Assembly (NCBI GenBank): GCA_964393465.1
Contig: CAYMTT010000002.1
Coordinates: forward strand, 1 to 47,510
Length of the DNA stretch: 47,510 nucleotides
Direction: 5' to 3'
From: an uncultured Candidatus Saccharibacteria bacterium
GTDB lineage: Bacteria > Patescibacteriota > Minisyncoccia > Minisyncoccales > MHMH01
The position numbers and the translations under genes are program-made. Shown piece after piece: positions 39,194 to 47,406 of the stretch. Every line of letters starts with the position of its first letter. Position 1 is the stretch's first letter. Below the pieces are notes generated by a model. That model did not search any database and was not told the DNA's origin. It worked only from the letters and a program-made list of their open reading frames with translations.

Positions 39194-40354
39194 ATGGGAT
39201 TCTCCGAAGAAAAAATAAAAGACGTTTTGAATAGGGGAGTAGAAGAATTGATAGATAGACAGAACCTCAAAAAAGATCTGGAGTCGGGCCGAAAACTGAG
39301 AGTGAAGTTCGGCATCGACCCGACCGCCCCTCATATCCACCTAGGTCAAGCTTCGATTCTCTGGAAATTGAAGGATTTCCAGGACTTGGGGCACCAAATA
39401 GTCTTGATTATGGGAGATTTCACCGCCCAGATAGGCGATCCCACCAACAGATCGGCCGTTCGCCGGTCTTTGACCGAGCAAGAGGTCAAAGAAAATATGA
39501 AAGACTATAAAAAACAGGTGGGGAAAATATTGAATATGAAGAAAACCGAAGTTGTCCGCAACAGCAGTTATTTATCGAAGATGAGCTTTGCCGAATTAAT
39601 CCACCTGAGCCATTATTTCACCGTCGGGCAAATGATGGAAAGGGATATGTTCCAGAAAAGAAAACAGGAGAAAAAACCCATTTGGCTGCACGAATTTCTT
39701 TATCCTCTTTCGCAAGCTTATGATTCGGTCCAAATTAAAGCCGATTTGGAACTGGGAGGGTCAGATCAACTTTTCAATATGCTGGCCGGAAGATCTTTGC
39801 AGCCCCGTTTCGGGCAGAAAGGCCAGGACGTGATGGCTTTGAAAATTCTAACCGGGACAGACGGCAAGAAAAAAATGAGCCAAAGCTTCGGCAATTACAT
39901 AGGCATAGAAGAAAAGCCCTCAGAACAATACGGCAAAGTGATGTCCATTCCGGACCGTTCAATAAAAGAATATTTGGAACTTTGCACAAGACTTACCTTT
40001 AAAAAAGATTTTCCACCCAGGCAAGCCAAAGCCGAATTGGCCAGAGAGATAGTTTCCCTTTATCACGGCAGAAAAGCCGCTTTGGAAGCAGAAAAAGAAT
40101 TCAACCGGGTTTTTAAAGACAAGAGAATGCCGACCCAGGTTCCGGAAGCGGAGATTAAAGAAGAATCGATGAATATTCTTAAAATAATGGTGAAAACCGG
40201 CTTGTCCGGTAGCAATTCGGAAGCCAAAAGATTGGTTATTCAGGGAGCGGTGAAAGTGGACGGCCGGGTAGAAAAAGATTGGAAAAAGGAAATAAAAATC
40301 AAAAAAGGAATGATTATTCGGGTTGGGAAAAGAAAATTCGTCAAATTGAGATAA
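39194..40354 (+). CDS. tyrS: tyrosyl-tRNA synthetase (386 aa)
   Basis: GIDPTAPHIHLGQ (HIGH-type), GDFTAQIGDPT, KMSQS (KMSKS-type), and a C-terminal S4-like domain. Confidence 0.92.
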   Translation: MGFSEEKIKDVLNRGVEELIDRQNLKKDLESGRKLRVKFGIDPTAPHIHLGQASILWKLKDFQDLGHQIVLIMGDFTAQIGDPTNRSAVRRSLTEQEVKENMKDYKKQVGKILNMKKTEVVRNSSYLSKMSFAELIHLSHYFTVGQMMERDMFQKRKQEKKPIWLHEFLYPLSQAYDSVQIKADLELGGSDQLFNMLAGRSLQPRFGQKGQDVMALKILTGTDGKKKMSQSFGNYIGIEEKPSEQYGKVMSIPDRSIKEYLELCTRLTFKKDFPPRQAKAELAREIVSLYHGRKAALEAEKEFNRVFKDKRMPTQVPEAEIKEESMNILKIMVKTGLSGSNSEAKRLVIQGAVKVDGRVEKDWKKEIKIKKGMIIRVGKRKFVKLR

Positions 40355-40360
40355 TAATCA

Positions 40361-40388
40361 AAAACCCCGCAATTATGCGGGGTTTTTG
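40361..40388. terminator. strong bidirectional intrinsic terminator
   Basis: AAAA-CCCCGCA (40365-40371), loop ATTA, TGCGGGG (40376-40382), then TTTTT. Confidence 0.75.
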
Positions 40389-40390
40389 AT

Positions 40391-40522
40391 TTACATCTGA
40401 GTTTCTTCTCCTCCTTCGCCTTCTCCGCCTTCTTCTCCGCCTTCAGTTTCTTCTTTTGAAGGTTCCTCAGTGGAGGGTTCCTCTTCCATAACGAAAGGAG
40501 TTAAAATTTCTTCGTAAGCCAT
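40391..40522 (-). CDS. unlisted 43-aa extremely acidic peptide (MAYEEILTPFVMEEEPSTEEPSKEETEGGEEGGEGEGGEETQM), doubtful
   Basis: Hand-translated. It is bracketed by the ruvC terminator and the 40361-40388 terminator. It has no SD, is low-complexity, and may be non-coding. Confidence 0.25.
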   Translation of the reverse strand: MAYEEILTPFVMEEEPSTEEPSKEETEGGEEGGEGEGGEETQM

Positions 40523-40596
40523 ATTTTTGTTTTTTATTTTCTAATTCAATTTTCCGACCTTTCCCCGTTTTTTAACGGGGCCCCCCCGGCTCTTTT

Positions 40597-40621
40597 TAAA
40601 AAAGAACCAGGTAATGGTTCT
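40597..40621 (-). terminator. intrinsic terminator after ruvC
   Basis: On the - strand: AGAACC (40621-40616), 7-nt loop, GGTTCT (40608-40603), followed by a T-run (A-run 40598-40602 on the + strand). Confidence 0.6.
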
Positions 40622-40653
40622 ACAAGAGCATTATACTCCCCTTAAAATATCTG

Positions 40654-41130
40654 TCAAGGCCTGGGAGCCACTCTGGAGCAGCAGATAGCTATGGCCAAGG
40701 CATCGGCGGCGTCGTCGGGCTTGGGGATTTCCTTAAGGTCAAGAAGAATTTTAACTATTTTTTGGATTTGTTTTTTTTCGGCTTTTCCATAACCGGTCAT
40801 GGTCATTTTTACCTGAAGAGGGGTAAACTCGTAGATAGGTATCTTTTTTTTGGCCGCCGTCATTAAAATCACTCCTCTGGCTTGGCTGACGGGCATGGCC
40901 GTTTTTAAATTCTTGAAAAAAAACAGGTTTTCCACGGCTATGGCTTGGGGACGGTATTTTTTTATCAATTTGTTCAACTCGTTGTTTATTATCTTCAACC
41001 TTTCGGAAGCGGCCAGAGACGGGGAAGTCTCTATTAAGCCGTAGCTCACGCATTGAGGATCGGCTTTTTCCATTTTTATCACTCCGTAGCCGGTAGTTGC
41101 CGTTCCCGGGTCGATTCCTATTATAATCAT
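40654..41130 (-). CDS. ruvC: crossover junction endodeoxyribonuclease RuvC (158 aa)
   Basis: MIIIGIDPGTATTGYGVI..., E in AVENLFF, and C-terminal DAADALAIAIC. Confidence 0.92.
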   Translation of the reverse strand: MIIIGIDPGTATTGYGVIKMEKADPQCVSYGLIETSPSLAASERLKIINNELNKLIKKYRPQAIAVENLFFFKNLKTAMPVSQARGVILMTAAKKKIPIYEFTPLQVKMTMTGYGKAEKKQIQKIVKILLDLKEIPKPDDAADALAIAICCSRVAPRP

Positions 41131-41131
41131 G

Positions 41132-41866
41132 TTAGGATTCTAAATTCGAATAAATTTCCTGGACGGAATCGGATTCGTCCAAAGCCTCAAAAAGTTTTTC
41201 GCAGGACTCTTTTTCTTTTTCGCTCACCTGGACGTATTCTTTGGGCACCCAGTCCAAGGAAGCCCTTTCGGTTTTTAAGCCTTTTTCTTCGAGGGTTTTT
41301 TTAACTTCGTAAAGCCGGTCGGGTTTCGTATAAACGTTTAAAAGGTTGTCGTCCCAAGAAATATCTTCCGCTCCCGAATCGATGGCGGCCATTTCCCATT
41401 CTTCTTTGGAATCCAGTCTTTTTTCTTGGTTTTCGACGTCCAGGGAAAGGCATCCTTTCATTTCGAACATCCATTTAACCGCTCCTTCTCCCACTAGCTT
41501 GCCGCCGTGCTGGTTTAAAATCTGTTTTACTTCGCTTAAAGACCTTTTTTTATTGTCGGTGATGCCTTCTATGATCAAGGCCGTGTTGCCCGGGCCGTAG
41601 GCTTCGAACATGACTTTTTCGTAATTTACTCCCTCCAGTTCGCCCGTCCCCCTTTTTATGGCCCTTTCCATGTTTTCAGAGGACATGTTCATATTTTTGG
41701 CTTTTTCCAAAATCATTCTCAATTTGGGATTGAAATTCGTGTCGCCGCCGCCCTCTTTGGCAGCTATTGTGATTTCTCTCGATATTTTGGAAAAGACTTT
41801 GCTTTTTTTGGCGTCAGCCGCTCCCTTTTTATGTTTGATTGAATGCCAATGGGAATGTCCGCTCAT
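41132..41866 (-). CDS. yebC: YebC/PmpR-family DNA-binding regulator (244 aa)
   Basis: MSGHSHWHSIKHKKGAADAKKSKVFSK... is the hallmark N-terminus. Confidence 0.92.
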   Translation of the reverse strand: MSGHSHWHSIKHKKGAADAKKSKVFSKISREITIAAKEGGGDTNFNPKLRMILEKAKNMNMSSENMERAIKRGTGELEGVNYEKVMFEAYGPGNTALIIEGITDNKKRSLSEVKQILNQHGGKLVGEGAVKWMFEMKGCLSLDVENQEKRLDSKEEWEMAAIDSGAEDISWDDNLLNVYTKPDRLYEVKKTLEEKGLKTERASLDWVPKEYVQVSEKEKESCEKLFEALDESDSVQEIYSNLES

Positions 41867-41881
41867 GTTTTTTATTATACC

Positions 41882-42523
41882 TTATTTTTGATTTTTTTTC
41901 AGCTTCAAAACTGCGGCCGCCGAAAAAAGAGCTGTGGCTGCGGCTATCAAAAAAATTTTGAAATCACCTTTGCTTTCGACCAATGAAGGGAGATTTTCCG
42001 GTTTTTCTTCAACTGCCGGCTCTTTTTCTCCCTGGCTGTTTTCGCTTTTAGGAGTCCCCCCAGGATTTAAGCTGGTCTGCCAGCCTTCGGCGCTTTTTTC
42101 CATAGTTTGTTTGGTTTCGTTGTTTCCCGAAGGCCATCCCTGGGAAGCGTCCAAGGAATCCTGCAAAGATCCCGAAGCGTCGTAAAGCTCCAGTTTTTCC
42201 CCTTGGTTGCCCAAAGCCCCGGTGTATATAAGATCGGCTTCTATATCTGGCAGGGTCTGCTGGTCGGTCCTTTCGAGCAGATAAAAGTCTTGGGCGGTGA
42301 TTGTTCCCGAAAGCTCTATTTCGAGAGATCCGTCGGCGGTCTTCAGTTCCCATCCATCCAGGTTTATTTGAGAGTCGCTGTAATTTTTCAATTCTATCCA
42401 TTCGTCGGCATGAGATTTCGAGCTTCCCATCCAAGCCACTTCATTTATATAAACGGAAGCGGAAACAAAATTGGCTGAAAAAAATCCAGCCAAAAAAACG
42501 ATCCAAAAAAACGAAATCCTCAT
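41882..42523 (-). CDS. lamin-tail-domain (LTD) surface protein with a signal peptide and C-terminal TM anchor (213 aa)
   Basis: VYINEVAWMGSSKSHADEWIELKNYSDSQINLDGWELK is the LTD signature. The N-terminus is hydrophobic, and the C-terminus has FKIFLIAAATALFSAAAVLKL plus a basic tail. Confidence 0.75.
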   Translation of the reverse strand: MRISFFWIVFLAGFFSANFVSASVYINEVAWMGSSKSHADEWIELKNYSDSQINLDGWELKTADGSLEIELSGTITAQDFYLLERTDQQTLPDIEADLIYTGALGNQGEKLELYDASGSLQDSLDASQGWPSGNNETKQTMEKSAEGWQTSLNPGGTPKSENSQGEKEPAVEEKPENLPSLVESKGDFKIFLIAAATALFSAAAVLKLKKNQK

Positions 42524-43521
42524 AAGAGCTCCTGGTTTTTTTTATACTCCAGGCCCAGATGGCGGTAAGCGGTTTTGGTGGCCATTCTTCCGCGGGGAGT
42601 TCTTTCGATAAACCCCATTTGCATTAAATACGGTTCGTATATTTCCATTATCGAATCTCTTTCTTCGGAGGTGGCCGCCGCCAAAGTTTGGATTCCCACC
42701 GGACCTCCGCTGAATTTTTTTATAATCGTCTCCAATATTTTTCTGTCCCCCGGTTCCAGGCCGAGTCGGTCTATCTCCAGAAAATTTAGAGCTTTTTTGG
42801 CGGTTTTTCCATCGATTATATCTTCTCCCTCGACTTGGGCGAAATCCCTGGCTCTTTTCAAAAGGCGGTTGGCCACTCTCGGAGTAAAACGGGAGCATCC
42901 GGCGATAACTTCCACGGCGACCGGATCCGTTTTGATCCCCAGGATTTTTGAAGACCTTTGAATGATTTTTTTGATGTCTTCCAGTTCGTAGAAGTTAAGC
43001 TGGAATATGCCTCCGAATCTGTTTCTGATAGGGGAGGACAGCAAGGCCATCCGGGTGGTCGCTCCTATTAACGTGAAATGGGGCAGATCCAAGGTCATTG
43101 TCCTGGCCATGGGGCCTTTTCCGACCACGATATTGAGCTTAAAATCTTCCATGGCCGAATAGAGGTATTCTTCTATTAGTCTGTTCAGGCGGTGGCATTC
43201 GTCGACAAAAAGAATGTCGCCTTCGTTCAAGCTGGTTAGAATCGCCGCCAAATCTCCGGTTTTTTCCAAAGCCGGACCCGAGGTGGTTTTAATGTTCGCC
43301 TGCATCTCATTGGCTATGACATAGGCCAGAGTGGTTTTTCCCATTCCGGCGCAGCCGTAAAAAAGAAGATGGTCGGGCGGTTCCGACCTTTTTTTGGCCG
43401 CGTCTATGATAATTCTGAGATTTTTCTTTATTTTTTCCTGGCCTACGTATTCTTGCCAGGATTTCGGCCTTAAAGTCAAATCCAGGGTCTGTTCTTCTTT
43501 TGGGGTTGACAAATTTTTCAT
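42520..43521 (-). CDS. ruvB: Holliday junction branch-migration ATPase RuvB (333 aa)
   Basis: LRPKSWQEYVGQE, Walker A GCAGMGKTTLA, Walker B FVDECHRL, and a winged-helix C-terminus. Confidence 0.95.
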   Translation of the reverse strand: MKNLSTPKEEQTLDLTLRPKSWQEYVGQEKIKKNLRIIIDAAKKRSEPPDHLLFYGCAGMGKTTLAYVIANEMQANIKTTSGPALEKTGDLAAILTSLNEGDILFVDECHRLNRLIEEYLYSAMEDFKLNIVVGKGPMARTMTLDLPHFTLIGATTRMALLSSPIRNRFGGIFQLNFYELEDIKKIIQRSSKILGIKTDPVAVEVIAGCSRFTPRVANRLLKRARDFAQVEGEDIIDGKTAKKALNFLEIDRLGLEPGDRKILETIIKKFSGGPVGIQTLAAATSEERDSIMEIYEPYLMQMGFIERTPRGRMATKTAYRHLGLEYKKNQELL

Positions 43522-43534
43522 AATGCCTTATAAT
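43506..43534 (+). promoter_or_regulatory. perfect-consensus sigma70 promoter facing away from ruvB
   Basis: TTGACA (43506-43511), 17-nt spacer, TATAAT (43529-43534). The spacer overlaps the ruvB start codon on the opposite strand. Confidence 0.55.
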
Positions 43535-43540
43535 ATCAAG

Positions 43541-43702
43541 TTGTGCAGTAGGAACTTTTTATTAGGGAAAGTAGCTCTGAGGCTGGGGGGAGGAATTGCT
43601 TTTTGATTGGATGGTCCAGGTGATGCTGAACCAATCCTCGAAGTAATTCTAAACTTTATGTTCCCAAGCTAGAGTATGCACCCCCAGCCTTAGCGTTATT
43701 TT
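43541..43702 (+). ncRNA. structured intergenic element (~160 nt), strand and class unresolved
   Basis: A 13-bp long-range helix joins 43577-43589 with 43681-43693 (including one G:U that is valid only in + strand RNA) and is followed by UUAUUUU. There are internal competing helices around GAUUGG/CCAAUC. Confidence 0.35.
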
Positions 43703-44991
43703 CCCGTCATTCTTTCTACTTCTTCCACGGTGGTTACGCCTTGCAGGATTTTTATGAATCCGTCCTGCTTCATTAAAACCATTCCTTTTTTAACGGCCAT
43801 TTTTCTCAAAACAGCTATGGAAGGAGACGTCAGGATGAATTTTTCCATTTCTTCATCCACGGGAAATCCTTCAAAAATTCCTATCCTTCCCTTGTAACCG
43901 GTATGGTTGCATTCAGGGCATCCCTTAGCTTTGGGGATTTTTATTTTATCGGTTATTTTCGGAGTTTTAACTCCTTTGGGAAGGCCCTTCAAAGCATTTT
44001 TAATCTTTTTCAATTCTTCAGGAGATGGTTTTTCCATTTTTCCGCATTTTGGGCAGATTTGTCTCACCAGTCTTTGGGCGATAGCCAGGTTTATGGCCGG
44101 ACCTATATTTGAAGGATCGGCTCCCAAGCTGATCAGCCTGGCTATGGTTCCCGCCGCATCGTTGGTGTGCAGGGTGGTTAAAACCAGATGCCCGGTTAAT
44201 GCCGCCTGCAAGGCTATCTTGGCGGTTTCCAGATTTCTTATTTCTCCCACCAATATGACGTCTGGGTCTTGGCGCATTATCGACTGGAGTCCGTTGGCAA
44301 AATCATATCCTTTGGAAGGATTGACCTGAGTTTGCGATATTCCTTTCAAATGATATTCGATGGGGTCTTCAATGGTTATTATTTTTATTTCTCTCCTTTG
44401 GATTTTCTTCAAAAAAGCGTAAAGGGTCGTAGTTTTACCCGAACCCGTAGGACCTGTAACTATAACCATGCCGTTCGGTTTTTTTATTTCCTTGCGGAAG
44501 TCTTTGAGAAGATCCTGCCTCAGGCCCAGCTTTTCCATCTCAATCAAAGTTTTGGGATTCAAAATTCTCATAACCACCGTTTCTCCGTGTTCTGCCGGAA
44601 GGGCTGAAGATCTGATCTCCACCTCCATTTTATTCAGAACGATCGAAAATCTGCCGTCTTGGGGCCGATCGGAAACATTCAGTTTCATTTCGGAAAGCAG
44701 CTTTATCCTCGAAAGCAGAGATCGGTAAAGCGGCAAGGGGATTGAGGTCACGTCCTGCAAAATCCCGTCCATTCTCAGTCTTAAAAGAGCCTGTTTTTCT
44801 CTGGGTTCTATGTGGAGGTCTGAAGCTTCCGAAAGGAAAGCCGATCCCAGAAGAAGTTCCAAAAGCTGGGTGGTTTTTTTATCAGCGGAGTTCCCTATTT
44901 GTTTTTTCAGATCGGGTATGTTGGAGGATTTTTTTTGCAGTTCGGAAAGCCTGGCTTGGGAAATCTGGATTTTTCCGGTGATATTTTTCAT
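43696..44991 (-). CDS. GspE/PilB-family type II/IV secretion (pilus assembly) ATPase, short N-terminus (431 aa)
   Basis: ASDLHIEP, Walker A GPTGSGKTTTLY, Asp box TIEDPIEY, Walker B DPDVILVGEIR, His box TGHLVLTTLHTN, and the tetra-Cys motif CPKC...CPEC typical of PilB/GspE rather than PilT. Confidence 0.88.
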   Translation of the reverse strand: MKNITGKIQISQARLSELQKKSSNIPDLKKQIGNSADKKTTQLLELLLGSAFLSEASDLHIEPREKQALLRLRMDGILQDVTSIPLPLYRSLLSRIKLLSEMKLNVSDRPQDGRFSIVLNKMEVEIRSSALPAEHGETVVMRILNPKTLIEMEKLGLRQDLLKDFRKEIKKPNGMVIVTGPTGSGKTTTLYAFLKKIQRREIKIITIEDPIEYHLKGISQTQVNPSKGYDFANGLQSIMRQDPDVILVGEIRNLETAKIALQAALTGHLVLTTLHTNDAAGTIARLISLGADPSNIGPAINLAIAQRLVRQICPKCGKMEKPSPEELKKIKNALKGLPKGVKTPKITDKIKIPKAKGCPECNHTGYKGRIGIFEGFPVDEEMEKFILTSPSIAVLRKMAVKKGMVLMKQDGFIKILQGVTTVEEVERMTGK

Positions 44992-44994
44992 AAA

Positions 44995-46104
44995 CTAGAG
45001 AATTTTTAATATTTTTTCTTCTGCCGTCTCCAGTTCTTTTTCTCTTATTAAAAACAGGGCTCCGTTTCTTTTAGAAACTCCCTCGAAATTTTCCAGGATT
45101 TTTTCCGCCGGTCCTTGCTTGGTTGAATAGAATATTCCTTTGACCGCCGGCGGGGAAGCGTGGCTTTCCCAAAGTATTAGGAGATTGGAAAGATATCTGA
45201 AGTTTAATTTCAGTTCCTCAAAAACGAAACTCAAATCGCTCGAAGAAGCTCCCGCTTCCTTAAAGTCTTTTTCTGCCAGGGAGATGACGTAGAGATCCTT
45301 GTTTTTATTAAAGTTTATCTTTTCCAGAGCTTTGCCCAGCAGTTTTATTTGGGAAATGTTTTTTTGCTTATAAAGATGCTGGATTATTTTTTGATGATTG
45401 CCCCTTTTTTCTATAAGGCGGGCAGCGGTTTCCAGGGTTTTGGGCCGAGTTCTCGGATCGCGGAAATTTTGGTATCTCCATATTATGCCGGTTAGAAGCA
45501 CGGTAGCTACATTTTGGTCTATTAATTCTTTTTCAGAACCGAATTTTTCTATCAAATCGACCGCGATTTCGGCCAAAGAAGAGGCGGGTTCGATTAGATT
45601 GACCTCTCCAAACCCTTCGTTGTGAACCTGGTTGTCCATGTTTAAAACGGGGGTTTTGTCGAAAACAGGGCAATATTTGGAAAAGAAATTGCCCAGACTT
45701 TCAAGAGATTCCGCGCCCACCACTATTAAAAGATCGGGGTTTTTGATTTGCGGCTGGACGATTTGCTCGGGGAAAGTGACCATTTCTTTGCTCAATTCCC
45801 CATTGTTCAAGGCCAGATAGATTTTCAGGTCTTTTCCTTCTTTCTGGTATCTCATTTTCTTTATTTCAGCTTCGGAAGTGTTGATTGAAATGACGAACTC
45901 TCCGTTGTTGTCGGGATTCACCAGAAAACGGAATCTTTTTGGGATTCTTTTGGTAAAAATGTTTACATTTTTGCCTAATTTCTTTAGAGTAAAAAAAAGC
46001 GCCAAAGAACCGGCAAGGCCGTCGGCCTGCGAATCGGCGGATGGCGCAATCCAGATATTTCGGGATCGCTCCAATAAATTTTTAGCTCGTTCTAAAGCGT
46101 TCAT
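44995..46104 (-). CDS. DHH/DHHA1-like protein with degenerate catalytic motifs (369 aa)
   Basis: The layout is NrnA-like (..IAPSADSQADGLAGSLAL.., ..LLIVVGAES.., ..VLNMDNQVHNEGFGEVNLI..). However, DHH is replaced by DNQ and the other Asp motifs are altered. The alignment is by eye only. Confidence 0.6.
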   Translation of the reverse strand: MNALERAKNLLERSRNIWIAPSADSQADGLAGSLALFFTLKKLGKNVNIFTKRIPKRFRFLVNPDNNGEFVISINTSEAEIKKMRYQKEGKDLKIYLALNNGELSKEMVTFPEQIVQPQIKNPDLLIVVGAESLESLGNFFSKYCPVFDKTPVLNMDNQVHNEGFGEVNLIEPASSLAEIAVDLIEKFGSEKELIDQNVATVLLTGIIWRYQNFRDPRTRPKTLETAARLIEKRGNHQKIIQHLYKQKNISQIKLLGKALEKINFNKNKDLYVISLAEKDFKEAGASSSDLSFVFEELKLNFRYLSNLLILWESHASPPAVKGIFYSTKQGPAEKILENFEGVSKRNGALFLIREKELETAEEKILKIL

Positions 46105-46132
46105 GGCAAGTTATATCAAATTAACTCAACCT

Positions 46133-46612
46133 ATGGAAAAAGTCAACTCTATTGAAGCCTTTTGCTTGACAAACAAACCCGGCCAGACGAAAAAAGCTGG
46201 ATTTTTGCTGGCCAAGGAAATAATAAAGCAGGGGCCGGGCCGAAAAGCCTTGGTCTTGGGGCTGGTCGGCGACCTGGGAGGGGGAAAAACCACTTTTTTG
46301 CAGGGGCTGGCCAAAGGCCTGGGAATCGAAAAAAAGATTTTGAGCCCCACGTTCGTTTTAATGAAGAAATTCAAAATCCCTAAAAAAGATTTCGGTTTTT
46401 TTTACCATCTGGACTGTTATCGGATTGAAAAACCCGAAGAGATCGCCGGATTGGGATTCAAAGAAATAATTTCTTTGCCCGGGAACGTGGTGGCCGTGGA
46501 GTGGTCCGACAGAATCCGCAAGCTTTTGCCTCCGGACTCTTTGATTCTGGAGTTTGAATTCAAAGATAATAAAAAAAGGGGAATCGTGCTAAAATATAAA
46601 GATGGAAGATAA
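46133..46612 (+). CDS. tsaE: tRNA t6A37 biosynthesis ATPase TsaE (159 aa from internal start)
   Basis: P-loop GDLGGGKTTFLQGLAKGLG, SPTFVLMKKF, YHLDCYR and VVAVEWSDR. Start chosen at MEKVNSIE (46133), because the listed longer ORF overlaps the divergent gene. Confidence 0.85.
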   Translation: MEKVNSIEAFCLTNKPGQTKKAGFLLAKEIIKQGPGRKALVLGLVGDLGGGKTTFLQGLAKGLGIEKKILSPTFVLMKKFKIPKKDFGFFYHLDCYRIEKPEEIAGLGFKEIISLPGNVVAVEWSDRIRKLLPPDSLILEFEFKDNKKRGIVLKYKDGR

Positions 46613-47402
46613 AAAGCGCCTTCTCATAATAGACAGCAATTCGGTGATCCACCGGGCTTATCACGCTCTCCCTCCGCTTACCGCAAAATCCGGCCAGCTG
46701 GTTAACGCGGTCTACGGATTTTTGCTGGTTTTTTTCAAAGCTCTTAAAGACTTTAGTCCGGATTTTGTGGCCGCTTCTTTTGATTATCCCGCTCCCACTT
46801 TCCGGCATGAAAAATACAAGGGATACAAAGCCAAGAGGCCTCCGGCCCCGGAAAATCTTTACAGCCAGATTCCGGCGGTAAAAGAAATCCTCAATACTTT
46901 TGGAGTGCCGATTTTCGAAAAACAGGGATTCGAGGCCGACGATATAATAGGGACCATAGCCAGGCAGGCCCCCAGAAAAAAGGTTTTGCCCGAATTGGAA
47001 AGTGTTATTCTCAGCGGGGACTTGGACGCCCTTCAACTGGTGGATTCCAAAACCAAAGTTTATTCTTTAAGAAAAGGAGTGAAAGACACGGTTTTATACG
47101 ACCGGGATTCGGTTAAGGAAAAGTATCAGGGTTTGGAGCCCGGACAACTTCTGGATTTCAGAGCCTTGAGAGGCGATCCTTCCGATAATATTCCCGGCGT
47201 TCCAGGTGTGGGCGAAAAGACCGCCATTCAGCTTATAAAAGAGTTCGGCTCCTTGGAGGAAATCTATGAAAACTTGCCTTTGGTAAAAGATAAACTGAGG
47301 GAAGTTCTGATTCAAGGCAAAAAACACGCTTTTTTAAGTGTTGTGGTTTTAATCATTTTAAAGACATTAAAAATAATTTATAAAGTTTGGTTTTATGAGT
47401 GA
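46602..47402 (+). CDS. stand-alone 5-prime to 3-prime exonuclease / flap endonuclease (Pol I N-terminal domain homologue, 266 aa)
   Basis: LLIIDSNSVIHRAYHAL, FDYPAPTFRHEKYKGYKAKR, FEADDIIGT, and H3TH GDPSDNIPGVPGVGEKTA. No polymerase domain follows. Confidence 0.85.
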   Translation: MEDKKRLLIIDSNSVIHRAYHALPPLTAKSGQLVNAVYGFLLVFFKALKDFSPDFVAASFDYPAPTFRHEKYKGYKAKRPPAPENLYSQIPAVKEILNTFGVPIFEKQGFEADDIIGTIARQAPRKKVLPELESVILSGDLDALQLVDSKTKVYSLRKGVKDTVLYDRDSVKEKYQGLEPGQLLDFRALRGDPSDNIPGVPGVGEKTAIQLIKEFGSLEEIYENLPLVKDKLREVLIQGKKHAFLSVVVLIILKTLKIIYKVWFYE

Positions 47403-47406
47403 ATAG

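Noticed and set aside
45878-46132. A long N-terminal extension of tsaE (listed 244-aa ORF), and the ATG at 46103 that overlaps the divergent DHH start codon.
   Set aside because: The extension is antisense to the DHH gene and not TsaE-like. The Met at 46133 gives a normal ~159-aa TsaE.
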